Position numbers and translations under genes: made by a program
The notes under the pieces: model-generated
Database searches by the model: none
What the model was told of the DNA's origin: nothing
The model's input: only the letters and a program-made list of their open reading frames with translations
In this document: positions 56,756 to 64,000 of the stretch, piece after piece
Layout of the letters: every line of letters begins with the position of its first letter
Numbering within the stretch: position 1 is the stretch's first letter
Assembly: GCA_052387955.1 (NCBI GenBank)
Contig: JBQTIQ010000040.1
Location: 23,879 to 87,878 of the forward strand
DNA: 64,000 bases
From: Acidimicrobiia bacterium
Lineage (GTDB): Bacteria; Actinomycetota; Acidimicrobiia; Acidimicrobiales; JACDCH01
Reading direction: 5' to 3'

Positions 56756-57526
56756 GTGAACCGGGTGTTCGAGGTGGGAGACAAAGTGTTGTTGATCGAC
56801 GCCAAGCGGCGCCGGTACCTCATCACCGTGGCCGACGGCGGCGAGTTCCACAGCCACACCGGTGTCATCGCCCACAGCGAGATCGTGGGCCGCGACGAGG
56901 GGGTCTCGCTGCGCTCGAGCCGAGGGTCGCATTTCCTCGCGGTACGGCCGACCCTGGCCGAGTTCGTGCTCAAGATGCCCCGCGGCGCTCAGGTCATCTA
57001 CCCCAAGGACCTCGGCCCGCTGCTGATGTTGGCCGACATCTTTCCCGGCGCCCGGGTGCTCGAGTCGGGCGTCGGCTCGGGGGCGTTGTCGATGACCATG
57101 CTGAGGGCCGGGGCCGAGGTCGTCGGCTACGAACTGCGGGACGATTTCGCCCGACGGGCACAGGCCAACGTGGCCGAGTTCCTCGGTGCCGATGCCGTCG
57201 CCCGCTACCGGGTCGAGATGCGCAACTGCTACGAGGGCATCGACGCGACCGACGTCGACCGGGTGGTGCTCGACCTGCCCGAGCCGTGGCAGGTGGTCAA
57301 GCACGCAGAGCGGGCGTTGCGGCCCGGGGGCATCCTCGTCGCCTACACGCCCACCATCACCCAGGCCGTCACCTTGCGCGAGACGCTTGGCACCAGTCCC
57401 TTCGGGCTGGCCCAGACGATCGAGGTCCTCAACCGGTCCTGGAACATCGACGGCCTGTCGGTGCGGCCCGACCACCGGATGGTCGCCCACACCGGGTTCC
57501 TGACCTCCGCCCGGTTGGTGGGCTAG
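56756..57526 (+). CDS. trmI: tRNA (adenine-N1)-methyltransferase TrmI (Rv2118c-like)
   Basis: GD.V.L.D.KRRRYL..L..GGEFH.H.G...H..I and the SAM motif VLE.G.GSGALS. It is the classic neighbour of the Pup-proteasome locus. The start is GTG at 56756 or 56765. Confidence 0.85.
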   Translation: MNRVFEVGDKVLLIDAKRRRYLITVADGGEFHSHTGVIAHSEIVGRDEGVSLRSSRGSHFLAVRPTLAEFVLKMPRGAQVIYPKDLGPLLMLADIFPGARVLESGVGSGALSMTMLRAGAEVVGYELRDDFARRAQANVAEFLGADAVARYRVEMRNCYEGIDATDVDRVVLDLPEPWQVVKHAERALRPGGILVAYTPTITQAVTLRETLGTSPFGLAQTIEVLNRSWNIDGLSVRPDHRMVAHTGFLTSARLVG

Positions 57527-57543
57527 GACCCGGCCGGCACCCC

Positions 57544-58704
57544 ATGGACACACTCGACCTGATCGTCATCCTCCTCGTGGTCTGCGCCGCCTCCGGCGGC
57601 TACCGCTTGGGCCTCACGGCCAGGGCGGCATCGTGGGCGGGGACGATCGTCGGCTTCCTCATCGCCACCCGGGTCGTGCCGATCGTGGTCGACGACTACG
57701 AGGGCACCTACCAGCGGCTGCTGCTGATCCAGATCAGCATCCTCCTCGGCGGAGCGTTGTTGGGCCAGCTGGCGGGCCTGTTGATCGGCCACCAGCTCCG
57801 AGGGGCCATACCGCCGGGACCGGCCCGCACCATCGACCGCGCCGCAGGCGCGCTGGCCGGGGCGTTCGGTGTCCTGCTCGCGTTCTGGCTCCTGCTGCCG
57901 GCCATGGCCCGAACCCCGGAGTGGCCGGCGGACCAGGCCCGGCGCTCGGCCATCGCCGGCTTCATCCACGACAACTTCCCCGAGGCCCCCAACGTCACCC
58001 GCTCGCTGCAGCAGCTGCTCGGCCCCCAGGTGTTCGAGGGGCTCACCGCTGCCCCCGATCTCGGGGCGCCCCCGGCCAGCACCGGCCTCAGCCCCGAGCT
58101 CTCCGACGCCGTCGCCCTGTCGACGGTGAAGGTCGAGGCGGCCGCCTGTGGCGACCGGCTCCAGGACGGGAGCGGTTCGGTGGTCGCACCGGGAACCGTT
58201 ATCACCAACGCCCACGTCGTCTCGGGGAGCACCGAGGTGGTGGTCGAGACCTACCCCGACCTGGCACGTCTCGCCGCCCAGGTGGTGGCGTTCGACCCTG
58301 CCCGGGACGTGGCCGTGCTGGCCGTGCCCGGGCTCAGCCGCGAACCTCTGGCCCTCGATGACGGGGCCTTCACCACCGGCGGGGTGGGCGCTGTCTTCGG
58401 CCATCCCCGGGGCGGGCCGCTCACCTTGTCGCCCTTCGAGGTCGGCCGCGAGACCACCGCCACCGGCCGCGACATCTACGACGACAACGCCATCCGTCGC
58501 CGGGTGTTCTTCCTGGCCTCCGACCTCGAGCCCGGGGACTCCGGTGGCGCGCTGATCGACGGTCGGGGCGTGGTCGTCGGCATGGCATTCGCCATCGCCC
58601 CCGACCAGCCCGACGTCGCCTACGCACTCACCGTCGAGGAGATCACCCCGGTGCTGGCCGCCGCCTCCACGGTCCCGGTCGACACCGGCCCCTGCATCGA
58701 CTGA
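57544..58704 (+). CDS. MarP-like membrane serine protease (CvpA-like TM domain + trypsin-like domain)
   Basis: Four N-terminal TM helices are followed by G.V..PG.VITNAHVV (His), ARDVAVL (Asp) and PGDSGGAL (Ser). Confidence 0.85.
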   Translation: MDTLDLIVILLVVCAASGGYRLGLTARAASWAGTIVGFLIATRVVPIVVDDYEGTYQRLLLIQISILLGGALLGQLAGLLIGHQLRGAIPPGPARTIDRAAGALAGAFGVLLAFWLLLPAMARTPEWPADQARRSAIAGFIHDNFPEAPNVTRSLQQLLGPQVFEGLTAAPDLGAPPASTGLSPELSDAVALSTVKVEAAACGDRLQDGSGSVVAPGTVITNAHVVSGSTEVVVETYPDLARLAAQVVAFDPARDVAVLAVPGLSREPLALDDGAFTTGGVGAVFGHPRGGPLTLSPFEVGRETTATGRDIYDDNAIRRRVFFLASDLEPGDSGGALIDGRGVVVGMAFAIAPDQPDVAYALTVEEITPVLAAASTVPVDTGPCID

Positions 58705-58727
58705 ACGTCGTTCCGAAACCAGAGGTT

Positions 58728-58751
58728 CCGGGGGCGCGGAACGGCCCCCGG
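58728..58751. terminator. GC hairpin between convergent marP-like and ferredoxin genes
   Basis: CCGGGGGC-GCGGAACG-GCCCCCGG has an 8-bp perfect stem. It sits in the 86-bp convergent spacer. Confidence 0.4.
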
Positions 58752-58790
58752 TCCGAGGACGCGGGGGCCGGGCGGGTGGTCAGCCGGCGA

Positions 58791-59039
58791 TCAGTCGACC
58801 TCGATGAAGATGCACTCCCCAGGGCATTCCTCGGCCGACTCGATGGTGGCCTCTTCCTGGCCGGCGGGCACGACGGCCAGTCCTTCGGCGCCCTGCGGGT
58901 TGCCCTTCTCGGTGGCGTAGACCTTGTCGCCCTCCTTGACGTAGGCCAGACCGTCGTCGAGGAGGGTGAAGACGTCGGGGGCGATCTCCTCACAGAGACC
59001 GTCGCCGGTGCAGAGATCCTGGTCGATCCAGACCTTCAT
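58791..59039 (-). CDS. ferredoxin (single-cluster, CxxxxxC...CP type)
   Basis: MKVWIDQDLCTGDGLCEEIAPDVF...ECPGECI, the pattern of small actinobacterial 3Fe-4S/4Fe-4S ferredoxins. Confidence 0.85.
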   Translation of the reverse strand: MKVWIDQDLCTGDGLCEEIAPDVFTLLDDGLAYVKEGDKVYATEKGNPQGAEGLAVVPAGQEEATIESAEECPGECIFIEVD

Positions 59040-59231
59040 CGGGGCTGCTTCCTCTCCATCATGCCGACCCTCAGGCCAGGGCCACTGGCTGCCGACTGTA
59101 CCGTCGACACCGGTCACGACTCTAACCCGTCGTCCGGCAATAAACACGGACGCCGCCGTCAGAACTCCGTCCGGCGCCGTCGTGTCCGGGGCGGGGTCGT
59201 GTAGGGTCGCTCGACCCCCCGAGCCGAGGAG

Positions 59232-61007
59232 GTGGTCACCGTCAACGAGCCCCAAGAGCACAGGCGTGCGGCCGACCTGGCCGAATTGGAGCAGCTGCGG
59301 GACCAGTCCAAGCTGCTGGAGGAAGAGGTCACGTCGCTGCGCCGGCGGCTCCAGGACGCCCCCAAACGGGTGCGTACCCTCGAGGAGCGCCTGCTGGAGT
59401 CCAAGGGCCAGCTGGCCCAGGCCGTCGCCCAGAACGAGAAGCTGAGCTACACCCTCCGTGAAGCGCGCGAGCACATCGCCGCCCTGCGCGAGGAGGTCGA
59501 CAAGCTCACCCGGCCGCCATCGGCCTACGGGACCTTCCTGGCCCGCAACGAGGACGGCACCGTCGACGTGTTCTCCGGAGGCCGCAAGATGCGGGTGGCG
59601 ATCCACCCCGAATTCGAGGACGCGGCGCTCGACCGGGGCGACGAGGTGGTGCTCAACGAATCTCTCAACGTGGTCCTGGCCCGCAAGGGCGAGCTTCTGG
59701 GCGAGGTGGTCACGCTCAAGGAGCTGCTCGAAGACCGCACCCGTGCCCTGATCGTCGGCCGGGCCGACGAGGAGCGGGTGGCCGATCTGGCCGACTCCCT
59801 GCGGGGCGAGAAGCTACGTTCCGGGGACACCCTGCTCATGGACAGCCGTTCGGGCCTGCTGCTCGAGAAGCTGCCCCGGCCCGAGGTCGAGGAGCTGGTC
59901 CTCGAGGAGGTGCCCGACGTGTCCTACGAGGACGTCGGCGGCCTCGATGAGCAGATCGAGCAGATCGCCGACGCCGTCGAGCTGCCGTTCCTGCACCAGA
60001 AGCTGTTCGCCGAGTACAAGCTGCCCGCCCCCAAGGGGATCCTGCTCTATGGCCCCCCCGGGTGTGGGAAGACCCTCATCGCCAAAGCGGTGGCCAACTC
60101 GCTGGCCAAGAAGGTCGCCGAGGTCTCCGGCGACCACGCCGCCCGGAGCTACTTCTTGAACATCAAGGGCCCCGAGCTGCTCAACAAGTACGTCGGTGAG
60201 ACCGAGCGCCAGATCCGCCTGGTCTTCCAGCGAGCGCGGGAGAAGTCCGAAGAAGGCTGGCCGGTCATCGTCTTCTTCGACGAGATGGACTCCATGTTCC
60301 GTACCCGGGGCTCGGGCATCTCCTCCGACATGGAGTCGACGATCGTGCCGCAGCTGCTGGCCGAGATCGACGGCGTCGAGTCGCTGAAGAACGTGATCGT
60401 CATCGGTGCCTCCAACCGTGAGGACCTCATCGACCCCGCCATCCTCCGCCCCGGCCGCCTCGACGTGAAGATCAAGATCGAACGTCCCGACGAGCGCTCG
60501 GCGGCCCAGATCTTCGGGCGTTACCTCACCACCGACCTCCCCCTGGCCGAGGACCAGGTCCGCTCCCTGGGCGGGGGCGACCCGGCCAAGGCCGTGCAGT
60601 CGATGATCGAGAGCACCGTCGAGAAGATGTACTCGACCGACGAGTACAACCGCTTCCTCGAGGTCACGTACCAGAACGGCGACAAGGAGGTCATGTTCTT
60701 CAAGGACTTCTCCTCCGGGGCCATGATCGAGAACGTCGTGCGCCGGGCCAAGAAGCTGGCCATCAAGCGCGAGATCGCCGGCGAGCCCCGGGGCATCAGG
60801 GTGGACGACCTGTTGGCGTCGATCACCCAGGAGTTCAAGGAGCACGAGGACCTGCCCAACACCACCAACCCCGACGACTGGGCCAAGATCTCGGGCAAGA
60901 AGGGCGAGCGCATCGTGTACGTGCGCACCCTCATCACAAAGGACGAGGAGTCGTCGCCGACCGGAGGCCGCGCCATCGAGCGCGTCGCCACCGGCCAGTA
61001 CCTCTGA
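59232..61007 (+). CDS. arc: proteasome-associated AAA+ ATPase (Mpa/ARC)
   Basis: N-terminal coiled coil, OB domains, [21 protein letters not shown], and the C-terminal ...ATGQYL docking motif. A GAGGAGG Shine-Dalgarno precedes the GTG. Confidence 0.95.
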   Translation: MVTVNEPQEHRRAADLAELEQLRDQSKLLEEEVTSLRRRLQDAPKRVRTLEERLLESKGQLAQAVAQNEKLSYTLREAREHIAALREEVDKLTRPPSAYGTFLARNEDGTVDVFSGGRKMRVAIHPEFEDAALDRGDEVVLNESLNVVLARKGELLGEVVTLKELLEDRTRALIVGRADEERVADLADSLRGEKLRSGDTLLMDSRSGLLLEKLPRPEVEELVLEEVPDVSYEDVGGLDEQIEQIADAVELPFLHQKLFAEYKLPAPKGILLYGPPGCGKTLIAKAVANSLAKKVAEVSGDHAARSYFLNIKGPELLNKYVGETERQIRLVFQRAREKSEEGWPVIVFFDEMDSMFRTRGSGISSDMESTIVPQLLAEIDGVESLKNVIVIGASNREDLIDPAILRPGRLDVKIKIERPDERSAAQIFGRYLTTDLPLAEDQVRSLGGGDPAKAVQSMIESTVEKMYSTDEYNRFLEVTYQNGDKEVMFFKDFSSGAMIENVVRRAKKLAIKREIAGEPRGIRVDDLLASITQEFKEHEDLPNTTNPDDWAKISGKKGERIVYVRTLITKDEESSPTGGRAIERVATGQYL

Positions 61008-61147
61008 GCTCGTACCGTCTATTGGCACGCCCGTGGGCCCGGTGCGTTGCTGAGCACCGAGCCCACAGCCCGCGAACCGGTCCTGGTCAACGCGCGCGGG
61101 GAATTTTCGTACTGCGCTCGTTGTACCGCGCCCACGGTGGGGTCTGG

Positions 61148-61738
61148 TTACCTGGTGCCGAGAATACCCAGCAGCCCGTTGTTGCCGAGAAGCTGGTTGT
61201 TGTCATCGGTGCCGTCACTGTTGCCACCGAGGATGCCCAGCAGCCCGTTGTTGCCGAGAAGCTGGTTGTTGTCATCGGTGCCGAGGACCTCCACGCCGAC
61301 GTCGCCTTGCACCGACACGTCGTCGTCGTCGAGCTGGGATGCGGCCGTGGTCTGGTTGGTCAGCTCCGCGGCGCGCTGGGCGGCGCTCGACCCGGTGTCG
61401 AAGTTCAAGCAGGCGTCTCGGTTGTCGAGCCCGATGCTCGTCGCCGAGGTGCCGATGAACAGGTTGTCGAGGATGTCGGACAAGACCTCGCCGAGGTTGA
61501 GGCCCCCGATCCGCCCAGAGGAGTCGGAGCGATCGGAGCTACCGGCTTGGCCGTCGTCCACGGTTCCCCGCGGCTGAGCGAACAGCGAGATGCCGGTCCG
61601 GTCGTCGTCCCGATCGTTGATCGTGCAGGAGGGCTGGCCCTCTTGGCCGGTCGCGGCGCCACTGGTACCGACGAATACGGTTCCCATGGATCCGGCCAGG
61701 ACCGCAGAAGCGAGGGCTGCGGGGATTTTCATTCTCAT
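61148..61738 (-). CDS. secreted acidic Asp/Asn/Gly/Leu-rich repeat protein, unknown function
   Basis: The ATG at 61738 (MRMKIPAALASAVLAGSMGTVFVGTSGAA-TGQ) has GAGGAG upstream, giving a Sec signal. The mature part is D/N/G-rich and ends in two copies of GTDDNNQLLGNNGLLGILG. GC is visibly lower than in the neighbours. Confidence 0.6.
   Translation of the reverse strand: MRMKIPAALASAVLAGSMGTVFVGTSGAATGQEGQPSCTINDRDDDRTGISLFAQPRGTVDDGQAGSSDRSDSSGRIGGLNLGEVLSDILDNLFIGTSATSIGLDNRDACLNFDTGSSAAQRAAELTNQTTAASQLDDDDVSVQGDVGVEVLGTDDNNQLLGNNGLLGILGGNSDGTDDNNQLLGNNGLLGILGTR
61167..61282. repeat. 69-bp tandem duplication inside the secreted protein gene
   Basis: CCCAGCAGCCCGTTGTTGCCGAGAAGCTGGTTGTTGTCATCGGTGCC occurs identically at 61167-61213 and 61236-61282. 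The 69-nt period corresponds to 23 codons. Confidence 0.85.
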
Positions 61739-62220
61739 TGGTGGGTGGCTCCTCATTAGCAATTAGCGCGGCCGCGAGCATTCCTCACGTCCATCGCGCT
61801 CCTCGAACATACCCATGAGGGTTCTCTTCATACTCATCTCCAGCAAATGGCTCGACCCGGTCCATAGCAGCACGCATTTCACCAACTCCCAGCACCAGCA
61901 GCCGCGAAACCGCCAACAACAATAAGACCGGCGGCGTCGAGCCGATGTCTACGGTCTCATCTTCGATTGAGTAGTAAATAGCAAGAGGTTCAGCCGGCCA
62001 GTGAGGGCGGAGGCGTGGAGCCCGCGCCCACGCGATCAGACCTGGTCGGTAGCCAGCTACCTGTTCTACGGAGCAGGCCCCCCTCAGAGGATGCCAGCGG
62101 ACGGCACTTCTCTGCGGGAACGGGGACGACGGCGGGCTCCCCACGTGGTCCCACGGCACGGGATAAGCCGCCCTCCGGGCCCGGGGGAGCGGGATCACAG
62201 GGTCGCGGTAACGTCCCGAG

Positions 62221-63738
62221 GTGGCCATTCACAAGGTCCTGGGGATCGAGACCGAGTACGGCATCCTGGTCCGCGGGGTCCGCGAATCGAACCCGATCGC
62301 GGCGTCGAGTGTCCTGATCAACGCGTACATCAACGACCTGGCCCATTCGCTCTCGCCCGATGGGCGCCCCCGGCCCCGGGTCGGCTGGGACTTCGAGGAC
62401 GAGTCTCCCGGCAACGATGCCCGCGGCTTCGCCCCCGAGGGCACCCTGGCCCCCGAGGTCGAGACCCATCTCGTGAACGCGGTACTTACCAACGGGGCGC
62501 GCTACTACGTCGACCATGCCCACCCGGAGCTCTCGACGCCGGAGTGCGCCGACCCCCGGTCGGTCGTGGTGTTCGACCGGGCCGCGGAGGTGATCCTTAC
62601 CCGCTCGATGGAGGCGGCCAAGCGCAACCTGCCCCCGGACCAGGAGCTGGTCGTCTACAAGAACAACTCCGACGGCAAGGGCAACAGCTACGGCTGCCAC
62701 GAGAACTACCTCATGGACCGGACCATCCCGTTCGGCCGGCTGGTCGCTCAGGTGATCCCGCATTTCGTGACCCGGCAGGTGTACTGCGGGGCCGGCAAGG
62801 TCGGCTGCGAGGTCAGCGGGGCGCCGGCCGGCATCGGCTTCCAGATCAGCCAGCGGGCCGACTTCTTCGAGGAGGAGGTCGGGCTCGAGACGACCCTGAA
62901 ACGACCGATCGTCAACACCCGCGACGAACCCCATGCCGACGCCCAGAAGTACCGCCGGCTGCACGTCATCGTGGGCGACGCCAACCTCTCCGAGGTAGCC
63001 ACCTTCCTCAAGGTCGGCACCACCGCCCTGGTCCTGTGCATGATCGAAGACGGGTGGCTGTCACGGGACCTGGTGTTCAGGGCCCCGGTCCAGGCGCTGC
63101 GGCGGGTCAGCTACGACCTCACCATGCGCCAGCCGATCGAGCTCGCCAACGGCGGCTCGATCAGCGCCCTCGATGTGCAGTGGGAGTACTTCGACCGGGC
63201 CAAGAAGTACGCCGAGGAACACGGGCTCGAGCCCATCGGTGGCGAAGAGGTCGGGCGCGCCGTGCTCGAGCGCTGGGAGACGGCCCTGGCCGGCCTCGAG
63301 TCCGACCCCGCCAGCGTCGCCACCACCGTCGACTGGGTCGCCAAGTACCGCCTGCTCGACGGCTACCGGCGGCGCCACGACCTCGAATGGCACGACGCCC
63401 GTATCCGGGCGATGGACCTGCAGTACCACGACCTGCGACCGGCCAAGTCGTTGGCGGCGCGGGTCGGGCTCGAACGCATCACCACCGACGACGAGGTCCA
63501 ACGGGCGGTGACCCAGCCGCCCGACGACACCCGGGCCTATTTCCGGGGCCGGTGCCTCGAACGGTGGGCTGACTCGATCGTCGCCGCCAACTGGGACTCC
63601 CTCGTCTTCGACGTCGGTGGTGACCCGCTGCGTCGCGTCCCGATGATGGAACCATTGCGCGGGACGCGCGCCCATGTGGGTAGCTTGATCGAAGAATGTT
63701 CGACCGCCGCTGAGTTGCTCGAGCGGTTGGGTTCGTGA
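62221..63738 (+). CDS. dop: Pup deamidase/depupylase Dop
   Basis: KVLGIETEYGI..., GARYYVDHAHPE.STPE and NNSDGKGNSYGCHENY. It is placed immediately upstream of pup, as in characterised loci. GTG start. Confidence 0.9.
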   Translation: MAIHKVLGIETEYGILVRGVRESNPIAASSVLINAYINDLAHSLSPDGRPRPRVGWDFEDESPGNDARGFAPEGTLAPEVETHLVNAVLTNGARYYVDHAHPELSTPECADPRSVVVFDRAAEVILTRSMEAAKRNLPPDQELVVYKNNSDGKGNSYGCHENYLMDRTIPFGRLVAQVIPHFVTRQVYCGAGKVGCEVSGAPAGIGFQISQRADFFEEEVGLETTLKRPIVNTRDEPHADAQKYRRLHVIVGDANLSEVATFLKVGTTALVLCMIEDGWLSRDLVFRAPVQALRRVSYDLTMRQPIELANGGSISALDVQWEYFDRAKKYAEEHGLEPIGGEEVGRAVLERWETALAGLESDPASVATTVDWVAKYRLLDGYRRRHDLEWHDARIRAMDLQYHDLRPAKSLAARVGLERITTDDEVQRAVTQPPDDTRAYFRGRCLERWADSIVAANWDSLVFDVGGDPLRRVPMMEPLRGTRAHVGSLIEECSTAAELLERLGS

Positions 63739-63764
63739 CAACAGCCGGGAGTTGAGGCGTAGGT

Positions 63765-63962
63765 ATGGCAGAGCGTGAGCTGAAGAAGAAGACCACCACC
63801 GCCAAGCAGGGCCCCGAGGTCGTCGAAGAGGCCCCCGCCAAGTCCGACCAGGGCGAGAAGATCAAGGCCGAGCTCGACGACCTGCTCGACGAGATCGACG
63901 ACGTACTCGAAGTGAATGCCGAAGAGTTCGTGAAGGCGTACGTCCAGAAGGGCGGCCAGTAG
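63765..63962 (+). CDS. pup: prokaryotic ubiquitin-like protein Pup
   Basis: The 65-aa acidic protein ends ...DDLLDEIDDVLE.NAEEFV.AYVQKGGQ, the canonical Pup C-terminus. Confidence 0.95.
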   Translation: MAERELKKKTTTAKQGPEVVEEAPAKSDQGEKIKAELDDLLDEIDDVLEVNAEEFVKAYVQKGGQ

Positions 63963-64000
63963 CTCCACCCCGCGGCGCCCGGCGGGGGCGTCCGGACCGG

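Noticed and set aside
59165-59231. PafBC/RecA-NDp-type promoter motif (TGTC..G-N8-TAnnnT) upstream of arc
   Set aside because: TGTCCGG and a TAGGGT -10-like hexamer are both present, but the spacing is about 12 nt rather than 8, so it does not fit the published motif as I recall it.
61785-62228. 147-aa minus-strand ORF in the low-GC islet containing ...PLAIYYSIEDETVDI..., reminiscent of a RelE/ParE toxin beta-strand
   Set aside because: The rest of the sequence does not follow the toxin pattern. The N-terminal two-thirds is Arg/Pro-rich and overlaps the dop start, and there is no antitoxin-like partner. At most it is a decayed remnant, so it is not called as a gene.
61990-63572. ORFs 61990..62964 (-) and 62001..63572 (+, 523 aa) across the dop region
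   Set aside because: The frame starting at 62221 gives an unmistakable Dop sequence. These alternative frames give Arg/Pro-rich nonsense.

Overview
This is a high-GC (roughly 70% judged by eye, not computed) chromosomal segment, most likely from an Actinomycetota genome. That placement rests on the Pup-proteasome genes arc/mpa, dop and pup (ending GGQ), the F420 gene fbiC, trmI, a MarP-like protease and typA.

The window is densely packed with housekeeping and metabolic genes on both strands:
- A partial gcvP sits behind a glycine riboswitch.
- Transport genes include four ABC systems and a copper P-type ATPase preceded by a CsoR-type palindrome.
- Membrane-associated genes include an SPFH/NfeD pair and a fused MFS/spermidine-synthase-like protein.
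- Metabolic genes include def, an aminotransferase/aldehyde dehydrogenase cluster, nudC, RNase D and a GH13 glucosidase.
- A tkt-tal-pgl operon has no zwf/opcA and runs straight into fbiC.
- The remainder includes a FIST protein, PBP4/dacB and a Holin-X cluster.

I saw no rRNA, tRNA, CRISPR array, transposase or integrase.

Observations most worth a second look:
1. A native-composition McrB-like AAA+ / McrC-like gene pair (38924-41032). It has no DNA-reader domain, and the nuclease motif looks degenerate.
2. Two families of GC-rich structured intergenic repeats. Family A has 5 copies, three of which keep an ATG-initiated mini-ORF in the same frame. Family B has 4 copies, including a direct pair bracketing one gene and a tandem pair upstream of tkt.
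3. A lower-GC islet inserted between arc and dop. It encodes a secreted acidic repeat protein with a perfect 69-bp tandem duplication.
4. The link between pgl and fbiC in a pentose-phosphate operon that lacks zwf.
5. A one-base frameshift in an FMN reductase gene.

Limits: all calls come from hand translation, motif recognition and the supplied ORF track. No searches or computations were run. Start codons are often uncertain in this GC range, and family assignments are from memory of conserved motifs.
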